Shown here: positions 1 to 13,262 of the stretch, in pieces
How positions within the stretch are numbered: position 1 is the first letter of the stretch
Layout of the letters: every line of letters begins with the position of its first letter
Assembly: GCA_951406725.2 (NCBI GenBank)
Contig: OX597817.1
Coordinates: forward strand, 112,716,001 to 112,780,000
DNA from: Octopus vulgaris
Taxonomy: Eukaryota
DNA: 64,000 nt
Direction: 5' to 3'
Position numbers and translations under genes: made by a program
Notes under the pieces: generated by a model
Seen by the model: only the letters and a program-made list of their open reading frames with translations
Told to the model about the DNA's origin: nothing
The model's database searches: none

Positions 1-1955
1 CTATGTGTGTAGCCTCTGTGATCTAAGTGTTGTGACAGTTCTATGTGTTGATAATACTTTGACCTCTATGCTATTAACTGAGCCTCTATGTTCTGCTTGA
101 GCATGTTGGTAGAGCACTGATGAGCCTTTCACTTCTTTGAGCTCTTGCCAGTGTTCACCTATACACTCTCCTATGCTGTGTGCTGTCTCTCCAATATAAG
201 TGGCTGTCATGCTTCTGCACCATCCCTCAGTACATCGTAAGCTATACACTGTATTTCTAACCTTACAATTAACCTGTGGATTCATCCTACATACAATACA
301 ATTGTTCTCCATACATGAGGACCTATCAAAGGAATAAGTTCTACAGATCAGGGATTTTATAGGGGCACCAGGCCTTTTTACTACTTTAATCCGTAGATTG
401 GCTTTATCTAATGTTTTTCTAGAAAAGTATGCTAGAAAAGTATGCCAGGGGTAGCATAAATGAACATGACACTCTGGTATTTTTTGTTGTCATACCATGA
501 GTTGGCCTTATCCATAATTTTTCTTCCCTTTTCTGTGTTGTTCCAGGATTTACTCCTGTATAGCAGGCAGATCCCCTTTGCATCACTCTCTATGATGGCT
601 TTGTACTTAGCTCTGGTTCTTTTGTACACTCTAATCCTGTCCCTTTGGTTGTAGCCAGCGAACTGCATATGGTGGATGAATTGTTGTATACATCTTTCCA
701 ATTCCATAGGGTTGCACATGTGAGACACATTCCTCATCATTCTCATCAAGTCTGCTATAAGAATATTAACACTGGTGTTGTCCACAATGGCTGTGTTCTT
801 ATAGACAAGTATTTAGAGGACATGGGTTTGGCATAATGAGAGTGAAGGATCTGGACCTTATTGTTTTTGATTTCTAACCAGAGTTCCATGTCTAAAACTG
901 GTAGCCTATAGTTGGGTCGCTTGTTAGAGTAGTTTATCGTTAGTTTCATACTCTGATAGATGGAGTTAGTTATTTGCTGGATGTTCTCCATAGTGTTAGC
1001 TTCTAGATCATCAACATTGTCTAGTAGGGGTGCTTTGGCTACTATGTTGCTTTCATCCACATAGTGGGAGTACATGGTTAGGGTTATGGAGTTCTCTGTA
1101 AATTTCTCTTTGAGTCTCCTATCCCACCATACCATAAATAGGTTAGCCACATCACCAGCGATACTGACACCGATGGCTGCATCTTCCTCTTGGGCATATA
1201 TCTTGTTATTAAACTTAAATATGTGGCCCTTGAGTGTGATCTTGGTACTCGCACCCACTGTATGTATGACCATCTTTCTCACCTGATCATTATTTTCGGG
1301 GGTCCATATAGTTTTCTGGTCCACCTGTTCTATCTCTCTCTAGGGGGTCTTCTTGGCCATAGAAGTTATAGTAGAGGGTCTATCTCTTACCAGTCTAGTG
1401 GGGCAGAAACAACTACGGTCATGTTTATCTAAGTAATCATTGTCATATGTCAGTCTCAGGAGGAAGCCCAGTTCTTCAGTATCAACACCACGAACTCCAC
1501 ATTGCTCTTGCTGATCACCTCCACGCATTTTTCCTCAGCAAAATCAACATCAATGGATGGGTATAAGAATACTAGGTCCATACTGCCTATTATGCATCTT
1601 GTCAGGTCATAGGCATGGTTGCAGTCATTGATTTTGCTGAGGAGTCCTCTGTGCTGGCACACACATCCAGGGACATTTTGATCAGAGGGCATATGATCAT
1701 GGAGAGGAAGTAGGAGATCTGGTAGTTGTTGGCAACATTGGCTCTGCAGACTGGTCTTGTTGGTGATCCTGTTACTGGGTCAGTGGTCACCTTATGGTCC
1801 TTGCAAAGCCCATACAGTGCCAGGATGTCGTTAGTAGTGGCATGGAAGTTATTGGTCATCTGCTTTTTTACCCATAGGATGTTTGGCCACATCATCATAT
1901 GAGCATTGAAGATCCCCTCTCTCTCCTCATACTCCTGTACCATTGTTACCCTCAT
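1..1955 (-). mobile_element. Degenerate Penelope-like retroelement (RT plus C-terminal GIY-YIG endonuclease), frameshifted
   Basis: Consecutive minus-strand ORF pieces: YGLCKDHK...PTRPVC, SMDLVFLYPSID (RT motif A), Q..AAIGVSIAGDVANLFM (motif B), YVDES (YVDD-like), LPVLDMELW...HYAKPMSS, then CxxC...NTVYSLRC...YIGET...LYQH (GIY-YIG). Runs off the window start. Confidence 0.85.
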
Positions 1956-2616
1956 ATACCTGAGAAAACTAAATACTGAAGTGATGATTACATACAGAAT
2001 GTGGCAAGCTAAGAAATTTTAATTGGTTAAAATGACATTCTTAGTCATTCTTAGTAAAGTAGTCTTTTTGCTGTTGAAATTAATTTTCTTTACCAATAAT
2101 GACTTTCAAAGGAAGTTATGATTATAATTACAAGTGATGAACAACGAATTGTGGGTCACAGACTTAAATATGGTTGTTTGCACTTAACTATATCTTCTTC
2201 ATGCAGAAAGCTCCCTTGGAAAATTTTTCCAACACTGGTATACATGTGTGTGTGTGTGTGTATGTGTGCGCGCGCACGCGTGCGTGCATGTGTGTGTGTG
2301 TGTGTGCATGTGAGTGCGCACGTGCACGTTTCTGAGTGTGTGCATGAAGTAGGTGGATGTTTATAATTAGCCCCTTGAAACAATGTAAGTCTGGCAGTCA
2401 CTTAACCTTGAATAATTAACTAGGAATAAAAACAAAGAAACATTCTTAACAATGCTGTTCTCTAAGGCTCCTTTGAAACTTTGGTTAAGTATGAAATCAG
2501 ACTCAGTTCAATGATGTCACTTCTGTAATTTCAAATGATACTAGTTTATATGTCATAGTGAAATTGTATTTGGTAACACCATACCATTCATAAAAGAAAA
2601 GAAAAAAAATCAAACA

Positions 2617-2805
2617 ATTCTTTCTACTATAGGCACAAAGTCTGAAATTCTGGAGAGGTGGCTAGTGCATAACTTGTAGTTATTTCATCAACCATGAAAG
2701 GATGAAAGGCCAAGTCAACCACGGCAAATTTGAACTCAGAATATAAGGATGGACGGAAATGCAGCTGAGCATTTTGCTCAGCGTGCTAAGAATTCTGCCA
2801 GCTCT
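2617..2805 (-). mobile_element. SINE (family C) copy
   Basis: Reverse complement of the ttctgagttcaaattcc...gtcgactttgcctttcatcc unit seen at 39765-40172. Other copies at about 5690-5800, 13645-13780, 14680-14865, 27365-27585 and 32585-32800. Confidence 0.65.
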
Positions 2806-3637
2806 ATCAAAAATTAGACATTCTAAAAGTAATGTAAAACTTTGCATAAAACTATTTTCTCAGCACCATGAAATAATGTAACATTTACCTCCCTGATATC
2901 AGCATTATAAATGCAGAACATATTACACCATCCAATGTAACACAATATCTGAACAAAATACAACTAAGCAAAATACTACAAAATTCTTTAATAAGCAAGT
3001 AGAAAAAGATATGACTGCTATATTTAGCAAGTCAAGTGACTATGTAGTGACTACATTAGATAATATGGTTCAAGATATCTCTAAAAGGATAAATGGTCAC
3101 AAGTGGAATGTCTTTGATCAAAGTTGAACTGGGGACTAAACAACAGCAATAACAATACAAAATTCTACAAGCCAACATGGCATCCTTTGTGTGGTCATTT
3201 GACTTGCTAGAAATAGCAGCCACAGCTCCCTGAAATCCCCAAAATAGGGTAAAGAGACATTAGAGAATGTGATCCTTCACACCCTTAAAAAAGGCAGTGT
3301 TCAGGACTGAAAAATGGTTGACCCTGAGTCAAATCAAACCAGATTGATTTCATGCTAAAAGAAACTTGAAATATTTTTCAAAAATAAGTTCCAAAACCAA
3401 GCCCCAGTCAAACAAAAATATGCTTACTATGTGCAGAGAGACAGATTCAGATCATACATTTTGTTAGGAAGAAAAAGAAAACCCAGCCCCTGACAACAAC
3501 AACCAAATGTTGTAAACAACACCAAAACTGGCAGAAGATATCATGAAGATGTGAAAGTGGGTGGGTGGTAGGAAGTAAAAAGAAGGATGGGTCACCCCCA
3601 TAACTGGGTGATGCTATGAGTGAATTATATATTTATA

Positions 3638-4901
3638 CAGGGTGTATAATGTATTTGAGGACACCTTTTGAGGGTAATTGCTGAATTTTTTGCTAACTCT
3701 GTATAATCTTTGTTTCAGAAAATAATAATGGCAGACCCTCCCTCAGTTTACTCAAGAAATGAAGAGGCATACTGTTATTGTGATTAGGCTGAGCATAGTG
3801 ATTTAGAAATATCTTGAGTTTTAAAAGTTGCCAGATTTTTCATCTGCAAAGTTTGTAAGGAGCTAGAGACTGAAGATGGAAACATATCACCAGTATCAAA
3901 GCATAAAAAGCATTCTAAATGCTCTGAAATCATCAGAACACCTGAATTTATCCAGCAAGTTCAACAGACCATTGATTACAATCTCAGAAAGTCCATGAGG
4001 TCAACTGCAAAAGATCTCCATGTGTCAGAAGGAACAGTCAGAAATGTTGTCCATAAAGACATCAGATCTAAGTCTTATATGATGAGGAAAGGTCAATTTA
4101 TCTGAAAAAGCAAAAGAAAATCACTACATCAGATCTAAAAGGCTCTTAAACAAACTGAAAAATCCAGCAGAATAAAATTTGATTTGGTTTTTCTCAAATG
4201 AGAAAAACTTCAACCAAGATCAAAAAGTTAACAGAGGAAATGACAGATGGTTATGTGCAGACCCTTCAGAAGTTCCAAATGTTATGCATACAAAATTTCC
4301 TAAAACTGTCATGGTTTTAGGGGTTGTCAGCAATGAAGGACATGTGATACCTCTTTACCTCTTTCCACAAGGCCTTAGAGTTAACTCTGCCACCTACATT
4401 GAAGTCCTGGAAATAATTGTTAAGCCCTGGATAGACAGTGTTTGCAATGGAAGGCCATATGTGTTTCAGTAAGACTCTGCACTATCACACATGGCTCTAG
4501 TAACACAGTAATGGATGGCTGAAAATTTTCATGATTACAAAACCTCTAACATATGGCCTCCTAATTCCCCAGATCTCAATCCATTGAACTATTACATGAG
4601 GAGCATTGTTAAGAGAGAGGTCAATGAACATGCCCATAACACCAAAGATTCTATGAAAGCTGCCATAGTCAGAATAATATCCAGAATGAAACAGGACCAC
4701 TTGATTCGAGCATGTAGATGATTTAGATTTCATATAGAAGCAGCTGTTGAAGCTGAACGTGGCTTTATTGAATAACATTATAGAAAAGAAGGTTTATTTT
4801 TATCCCCATAGCATTTTTTTGATAAATAAAGTTATTATCTTATTACATATCTGTTTTTTTATTAAACATAAAAAATCTGTCCTCAAATATCTTACGCACA
4901 A

Positions 4902-4903
<2 letters not shown>
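3638..4903 (+). mobile_element. Tc1/mariner superfamily DD37D (maT-like) DNA transposon, transposase pseudogene
   Basis: WFFSNEKNF, VMVLGVVSNEG, YVFQ*DSA...WPPNSPDLNPL(N), with 37 residues between the second and third catalytic positions. Imperfect TIRs cagggtgtataatgtatttgaggaca / tgtcctcaaatatcttacgcacaatc. Confidence 0.85.
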
Positions 4904-4939
<36 letters not shown>

Positions 4940-4941
<2 letters not shown>

Positions 4942-5415
4942 ATTTTTCCATCATCTTGGCTTAACAGCCCTCATTGTTTGTTTTTACTGTATTATTCTCC
5001 TTGTCCTGTCTTTCACTGTTTTTATTTGTATTATTTTTACTGTCTTGTCTTGTTTTTACTGTCCTGTTCTTGTTACCACTTTTACCCCTTCGCAAAAGAT
5101 CCCAAATTTTATTTAATTTGCTTTGCGGGAAGGACTGTTTCAACGAAGTCGCATCCACGGAGTAGACGATATAGGGACAACTGAAGAAGGGGAATATTCC
5201 TTGTGTTGTATGTCTTGTACTATGTTTTTTCGTTGTTTGAAAAAAAGTTTGTTTACATGTTTTTGTTTTTATGTTTTCATTTCTCATTGTTTTCAACATT
5301 TTCTTTGGTCTCCTGTACCCATATATACATGTATATATACATATAGATGTAGGTATGTACATATATGTATGTATATATTCATATGTTTATATATTATTTA
5401 TGTTATTATATATAT
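4940..5415 (+). repeat. Unclassified interspersed repeat between (TA)n tracts
   Basis: The 5250-5415 part recurs as a reverse complement at about 11625-11795. Confidence 0.55.
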
Positions 5416-6011
5416 GAGAAGGAGAAAAGTAACCCTTTAGTATTTAAACCACTCAATCTATCCTTCTTGAAAACATAAAGGATGTGATTTGACAGAGATT
5501 TTGCTGCTAAATCAAGCAAATATACACAGTAGGGTTTCCATTTAGAGGGTGTCCATACCCATTACAAACACTGGAACCAAATGTTGGGGGTATGAAACTC
5601 AATCTCTGGCATCTATAAATAAATATGACAAAATTTTCATGATCTTTCATGTTTTGTTCTTGGTTAAGGCAGTCCATTGCCAGGGTTGTTAGAGCATAAA
5701 ATAAAAATGTGTTACAATAAATGTTCTAGCTCTCTGTTCTCTGAGTTCAAATCCCAGTGGGGTCAACTTGCTTTTCGTCCTTTCAGGATCAATGAAGAAT
5801 GTTTCAGCCCACTGCTTGTGCAGGACTCTCTCCAGTAAGATGTCCCATTCTTGATGGGCCACTGATGGGAAGGTATGTTCACTTGTAAATATGGGCACCT
5901 ATAAAAGCCAATTTTAGTTTGTTATTCATATGTAAAATAAAACCAAGTTATTGACATAATTTGAACTCATACTGACACCTCATTTGACTGATGATGGTTC
6001 TGTCAGTTTAA

Positions 6012-6231
6012 CCCTTTTGTATTAAAACCAGCCATATCCAGCCAAAATATCCCATTCATTTTATATACAAAGTGGCCAGATCTGGCCTCTAACACAAACC
6101 CTATAATGTTATTCTAAAAATTAACAGTTACCTCATCAATACCTCAAAGCTACAAGATAATGCATGATTAATTCAAAACAATATGAATAAATAAGCCTTA
6201 CTTTACACAGCATAATGTGAATGCTAAAGAG
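6012..6231. mobile_element. piggyBac-like MITE with TTAA target duplication
   Basis: TTAA|cccttttgtatt ... aatgctaaagag|TTAA. A shorter related copy with TTAA ends lies at 15362-15499. Confidence 0.65.
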
Positions 6232-6525
6232 TTAATGAATGCATATGAGAACATATTGGACAATACTTTGGTCTTTGGAATCATAAAAGTGTTAATGAAA
6301 ACATTCTGATGTAGGGGCTCCTTTGTTGATTTCTAGACTTTGGCTTAATCTATTGCCATCATTTCCATTATGTTCATCACAGTCACGATTATCCTCAGTA
6401 TGAGTGATTCATTATCATTTTTTTTAGTTTACTTTATTCCCTGCTGGCATAAGTTGGATGAGGCTTGTTGTGGCTATATTCTATAACTAAATGCTCTTCC
6501 TGATGTCAGTGTACCTGATGTCAAT

Positions 6526-6915
6526 GTAGTTGTGTGGTAAGAAGCTTGCTTCCCAATCATACAGTTCCAGGTTCAGTCCCACTGCATGGCACCTTAGGCA
6601 AATGTCTTCTACTATAGCCTGAGGATGACCAAAGCCTTGTGAGTGGATTTGGTAGATGAAAACTGAAAGAAGCCAGTCGTATGTGTGTGTGTGTCATTGT
6701 GTCTGTGTTTGTGTTTGTCTCCCACCACTGCTTGACAACCAGTGTTGGTGTATTTACATGCCCATAATGTAGCAGTTCAGCAAAAGTGATCAATAGAATA
6801 AGTATCAGGCTTTAAAAAAAGAATTGGAATCAATTCATTTGACTAAAAATTCTTCAAGGTGGTGCCCCAGCATGGCCACTATCTAATGACTGAAGCAAGT
6901 AAAAGATAAAAGATA
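6526..6915 (+). mobile_element. tRNA-derived SINE (family A)
   Basis: Head gtggtaagaagcttgcttccc...ggttcagtcccactg (Pol III A/B-box-like), internal (TG)n, tail ...gactgaagcaagtaaaagataaaag. More than ten related copies or fragments in the window. Confidence 0.8.
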
Positions 6916-6960
<45 letters not shown>

Positions 6961-7600
6961 AATTTATAATATGACAGCAAGGCTTTAAAGCAGAGAAGAG
7001 TAAAATCTCATATAAAACAAGCTTCCATACAGTTGTAATCATCCAAATTTCATCAACAAGGCATTATCAAACAAAAGCTGTATGTATAATCCTTATGGAT
7101 TAAATAGCCTTGAGTTTTGAAATGACACTTGAAAATTTCTTTCAGCTTTCTCATATTTGCAAAGTTTCTAAATATATCACTATTTATAATGAACCTAAAG
7201 ACTAAAACTTAAACTGGAATATGGGCATACTGCCTCTGTCTGCTGCTTTGGAGTACTTACTAATATATTTCTGAGACTAGGGGCATAACTGAATGAAGGG
7301 CCAACCCATATCAACATGGAAGACAGGTTTTGAATGATGCTGCTGATGATATATATACATATCATCATTATCATCATCGTTTAATGTCCATCCTCCATGT
7401 ATGGGTAGAATGGTTGACAGGAGTTGGCCAAGTAGAAAATTATCCCAGGCTACTGTATCTGTTTTGGCAGGGTTTTTACAGCTGGATGCCCTTCTTAACA
7501 CCAACCACTGCAGATGAAAGTTTCTTTTAAGGTATCTGCTGCAATTCAGTTTGTTTGAACAGAACATCCGCATTTAAGTAAGGATATATACATACATATA

Positions 7601-7633
<33 letters not shown>

Positions 7634-7821
7634 TTTCTATTTCTATTTCTATGTCTAGTTATATTTGTAATATATTATGTATAATGTCATTGCTGTTGTG
7701 TAATGGTTTAATAAAGTATTGATTGGGTATTATCTGATGGTTGATGATTGATTTAGGTATGTTTCTCCATTTTCTCATTTTGTATATATATACATATATA
7801 TGTATAAGGATATATACATAC

Positions 7822-9060
7822 GTTCATTAAAGATTTCCCCTGACTCACTTATTAAGGATTGGGATAAATGAAACTTGGCATAATTATTAGTCCATCTCTA
7901 CATAGCCACCATCAATGGTGACACACTTCTCCCATCGCTTTATGTAGCTGTGAAAACCTCGTCTGTAGAAGTCGGTAGCTTGCGTTTGGAGCCAAGACTT
8001 TTCTCAGAAATAAGTTCATCATCATCTGAAAAGTGCTTCCACTTCAAAAAAGACTTTATGATTTGAAAGAAGTAGAAGTCAGATGGTGTGAGGTCAGGAG
8101 AATAAGGGGGATGAGGAAGGATTTCATAGCAGCAGGAGTGTGCTTTCATCTGGGCAACATGCATATTGTGAACTGGGGCATTGTCTTGGAGGAAGCGGAC
8201 TCCTTTGGTCAACATGCCACACCTCCCTGCTTTGATGACATCCCACAATTTCTGCAACAGAGAAGCATAACATGTCCCATTAATTATGATGCCCTTTGCC
8301 AGAAAATCCATTGTGACTACTCCATGCCGGTTCCAAATGACCATGAGCTTCACCTTGCCTGCTGAAGGTTGGACATGAGCCTTCATTGGAGGTGGTGAGT
8401 TATCATGCTTTCATTGCTTCAATTGGACTTTAGACTCAGGATCATAGTGATGTCTGCTGAAAAATTTCTCTTTGTTTTCTTGGCACATTGCCAAAAGAGC
8501 CTGAGAGCAATTGACTTGTTCCTGCTTCTGAGAATCCACCGTGCAAACAATTTTCACATGTGCAAATGATTGGAAATGATTTTTTCCATGGCCCCTACAC
8601 TTATCTTCACTTCTTGGGCCAGTTGCCGAATAGTTATGTGGTGATCCTTTGAAATGGCAGCTTCCACTTTATGGATGGTGTCATTATCAATGGCGAAATG
8701 TGGTTACCCAGGAATAGGAGCAGTTTCCACCAATGTCCAACCACATATGGAGTGGCAATGCCAATGCTTGATTATGTCATATGATGGTGCATCGTAACCA
8801 TAAAATTCGTTCATCTCATTGAAACTCTCTTTTGGTGTACAACCTTTCAAATATAAGAACCTGATCATTGATCTGCATTCAACTGCTCCATTATAACACA
8901 ATAGTCCACTTCAGCAACCATAAAAGATAAATGAATACTAGAGGAAAGCTACATTTTACAATGTGACATGTAGAGACATGTATAATTATATCTGTACAAG
9001 TTCCATTCCCTACAATAACTGAAGATGGGCCAGGGGAAATCTTTTAATGAACACCCCTCG
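7822..9060 (-). mobile_element. mariner (DD34D) transposon, transposase pseudogene
   Basis: Minus ORFs RSMIRFLYLKG..., SAGKVKLMVIWN, FLQDNAPVH, HPPYSPDLTPSDFYFF. TIRs gttcattaaagatttcccctg / caggggaaatcttttaatgaacacccctcg|ta. Confidence 0.9.
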
Positions 9061-9097
9061 TACATTCATATACTAGTGACAGAGGCAGTATTAATAC

Positions 9098-9403
9098 AGA
9101 GAAGTAATATTTATTCCCACTTAAACATGGATGTTCTGTCAGAACAAACTATACTGTGTTAGATACCATGAGAGAAACTCTCATATTGGCTTTTGGTGTA
9201 AAATGCACTCTTGTTTATATCGCTAGCAGGAAGATCTGATGGTCTCGGCATTGGAGGGGGGAGGGATTTACCTCCCTGCTAGAATTATAAGCAAGAGTGC
9301 TTTTTGCACCAAAAGACATGAGAGTTTCTTTCATAGTGTCTACTGCAGTAAAATTTGCTCTAACAGAACATCCACATTTAAGTAGGGATAAACATTACCT
9401 CTC
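9098..9403. repeat. Fold-back (inverted-repeat) element, about 130-bp imperfect arms
   Basis: 9101-9233 is an imperfect reverse complement of 9271-9401, e.g. ggatgttctgtcaga/tctaacagaacatcc and cactcttgtttata/tataagcaagagtg. Confidence 0.7.
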
Positions 9404-9417
9404 TCTCTCTCACACAT

Positions 9418-9538
<121 letters not shown>

Positions 9539-10692
9539 TATATAAATATGTGTGTGTGTATATATATATACATATACATATATAAATATAGTTTGTTTGT
9601 GTATACATATATATAACAAAGTGAAGTTGTAAGGTACTTCACGTGTGGAAATATATATGAAAGACGGTTTGAAAATGCAATTTTAAAGATGTTTATTCAT
9701 TTGGCCAGTTTCACTTTTTTAGAAAAAGATTGTCAAAAGTAAAATGTAAAGCTTTGTATAAGGTTTGTTGTGTTAAGTACTGGTTGTCACAAAAGTGTTA
9801 AAATACTTATATACATTGTTTGATAATAATAAGAAAATGTTAAAAACAGTTTACAAGAAAGTATTTAAGAAAATATTCAACAAAAAGTATTAGAAATTCA
9901 ATAAAAATCATGTTTGTTTGGTAGTATCTATATACATACACAGAAAGCATATTAGTTCAATAAAAATCATGTTTGTTTGGTAGTATATATATACACAGGA
10001 GATATATTCCAGAGTTTACAAAGAATTTGAGAGGAACCAACCTGTCTTCCTAACATTTTTGATTTTGTGTGTAGCTAAGGATTGTTTGCTATTTTAAGGG
10101 AAAGTATGGGAGGTTGGTTGGGGTGGGGGGAAGGAAGAGCAATGTGGAATTAAAAGGATTTAGTCTGTCATGGTTTGGTGGATTTTGGGACTGGTCTCAG
10201 AGGTCAGAATGGTGTGAGTGTGTGTGTCTCTGTGCACATCTCTATGTGTGTGTGTGTATATATATGTGTTGGTGTTCGTGTGTGTGGGCCGTTTTTGATT
10301 GGTCCCAGAGTTTATTGTGGTGTGTGAAAAAGGGTCTGTATGTGTTCTATATATGGTAGGGTGGTGCGTGTATATGTGTGCATATACACACACCATCAAG
10401 AGATGATGCAGTACGACTGTTTCAGGCGGCTCCATTTAATTAAACAAAAAAAATGAGGAAACAGAAAAAATGGAAGCACTTGAAACAGTCGAAACATCTT
10501 GAAACATCTTGATATCCTGTTGCTTATTTTGATTTTCTTCACCTTACTTTGAGTTGTACGGATAATACCGCACTGACTTGGTGCTTCAACTAAAGTACCT
10601 AATTCTACTGAATCTCAATTATTTCTTCTATGTATGTATGTATGTATGTATATATATATATATAGGAGCACTCCATCATATATATATATATA

Positions 10693-10998
10693 TAGGAGCA
10701 CTCCATCAGTTACAACAACAAAGGTCCCAGCTGATACAATCAACAGAACAGCTTGCTCATGAAATTAACATGCAAGTGGCTGAGCACTCCACAGACACGT
10801 GTACCCTTAATGTAGTTCTCAGGGAGATTCAGAGTGACACAGAGTATACAGGTACCACTCATTTTTGCCAGCTGAGTGGACTGGAGCAATGTGAAATAAA
10901 GTGTCTTACTTAAGGACACAATGCGTCGCTGGGAATTGAACTCACAACCTTACGATCATGAGCCGAATGCCCTAACCACTAAGCCACATGCCTTCACA
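10693..10998 (-). mobile_element. tRNA-derived SINE (family B head)
   Basis: Reverse complement has ggcttagtggttagggcattcggctcatgatcgtaaggttgtgagttcaattccc, a tRNA-like A/B box head shared with 31571, 33050, 41715 and 57628. Confidence 0.75.
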
Positions 10999-11065
10999 CA
11001 TACACACACACACACATATAGATATGTATACCTATACACATATGTTCACATATGTACATATACAT

Positions 11066-11099
<34 letters not shown>

Positions 11100-12949
11100 A
11101 TCTATGTATGTATATATTATTTAATGTCAATAAAAATGGAATATTAATGTAAATTATGAAATAACCAATTGAGTGACTTTAAGTTCTAGTTTCAATACTC
11201 TCATTTTAAGGTCAAACATTTCTGATACACAATACTGTTACATATATACTAAAGGAGTCTAAGCAAGGCTCTGAAAGGTTCTTCAGAGACTGCTGATACA
11301 GCACGAAGTAAAGAAAGAGAAACCATATATCATGTTCTCAATGATTGTTATGAGAGAGCAGCAGCAGGAAATATCAGCTGTAAGGAAAACAAGTGTGTGA
11401 GTAACACTAGAAGAAGGAAATTAATGTGTGTATGTGTATAAATCTCTCTTTCTCTCTCACTCTCTTTATATATGTACACACTCACACACACACACACACA
11501 AATATATATATAATTCTTATTTGGGACAGGATCTCAAAGTACATATAAAGTGATAAATAATAGTGTGTAAATATTGAGCATAGATGTAAATATAAGATAT
11601 GTGTATATGTGTGTTCATATATATATATATATAATATAAATAATATATAAATATATGCATATATACATACATATATGTACATACCTACATCTATATGTAT
11701 ATATACATGCATATATGGGTACAGGACATAAAAAAAACCTTGAACACAATGAGAAACGAAAACATAAAAACAAAAACATGGAAACAACCTTTTTTTACAC
11801 ACACACACATATATATACATACATCTGTGTGTGTGTGTGTATTTATGAATAAATATGTGTATTCATGATGGTGACACGTAAAAGGCACCCGTACTGATAC
11901 CATGTACAGAGTACCCATGCTGGTGACACCTGAATGGTACCCAGAACATTCTGTGGAGTAGTGGGTTTTAGGAAGGGCATCCAGTCATAGAAAACAAGCC
12001 AAGATCAAACTGGAACATGGTACAGTTAAACCATCTAACCCATACCAGCATGGAAAATGGACGTTAAACGATGATGAATTTTGTCTCCTTTTTATGAGAA
12101 CAACTTGATGTATTTGTAAACAGTTTGTGGTATTGGAGAGGATAATTGTAATTGAGAAAAAGTTAGCTGACATGAAAAGCCAGATATCATGCCAGATATC
12201 AAAAATGCTGACATTATGACTACTGCTCTGTAAACACTTTAAAGGCTTTAAGGCATGACATGGACAGCTACAACAGGGACTCTGAAGTTGTGGGCATCTT
12301 TGAACAGGGTCTTGGTCTCATTTCAGTTGGCTAAGTGAAGCTGCTAGAGACTGATCAATCCCTAAATAGAGAGGATTGTTTCTTGAAGGCCATATGTGTG
12401 GCAGCAGGATTCACAGCCTTTTGATACCTCCAGAAAGAGTCAAAAGTGTTTGTTGAAGAATTACTATGACTTCACCAACTCCAATTTCTGGCCTACATTT
12501 TAATTCTATGGATTATTATGAATGAATTGTGGATGAAACAGATACCAACCACTCTGAGCTGGTGACCAAGAAGAAGACCATTAGAAGTTCAAAGATCTTC
12601 CTGGGGACACAGTAAAGAATGTATGCACCAGGTTCTAAAGCCATCTTGAGGCCATAGTGGAAGCTAAGAGTGGTTACTGTTAGTAAACTGTTTTTTTTTT
12701 CAGCCATAACCTAGTTGATATTTTTTGATTTTTTTAAATACTTGTATTTTTGGATAGAATATTGTTTTCTTTTCTTTTATACCAGCTGTCAAATTTAGTC
12801 CAGACACCCTGCATATAAATATACATACATATATTTAAATGTATATATGTATTTATTTAAATATATATGTGCATGAAAATTATACATAATATATATATGT
12901 AGAGTGTATGTGTGTGTGTATACACACACACACACACACAAATATATAC

Positions 12950-13262
12950 ATTGTTGTTGTGACCCCTTTCAGTCATGAATGACCATGGGATTGCACCTAG
13001 AAAGTTACCCTCAGAGGCACAAGTCTGGGGAAGGTTGTTTATGGAAGACCAGCAGTCGCCCATGCATACTGGCCTCCCCTCTCCATGCCACCAATGTTAT
13101 CCAAGGGAAAGGCAAAGGCCAATACAACTTGGCACCAGTGACGTCACAGTTCATTTATTAACATGCAAGTGGCTGAGCACTCCACAGACACGTGTACCCT
13201 TAATGTAATTCTCAGTGAGATTCAGTGTGACACAGAGTGTGACAAGGCTGGCCCTTTGAAAT
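12950..13262 (-). mobile_element. Chimeric SINE B fragment
   Basis: 12955-13150 matches the 3' part of the 31571-31902 SINE; 13160-13240 matches the middle of the 10693-10998 SINE. Confidence 0.6.

Noticed and set aside
2889-2948. 60-nt AG...GT bounded candidate exon on the minus strand
   Set aside because: No LRR-like or other recognisable translation; splice-like signals are common in AT-rich DNA.
5175-5215. CUGAAGA followed by a short hairpin, resembling a hammerhead 5' half
   Set aside because: No GAAA or GUH downstream, so it cannot be called an HHR.
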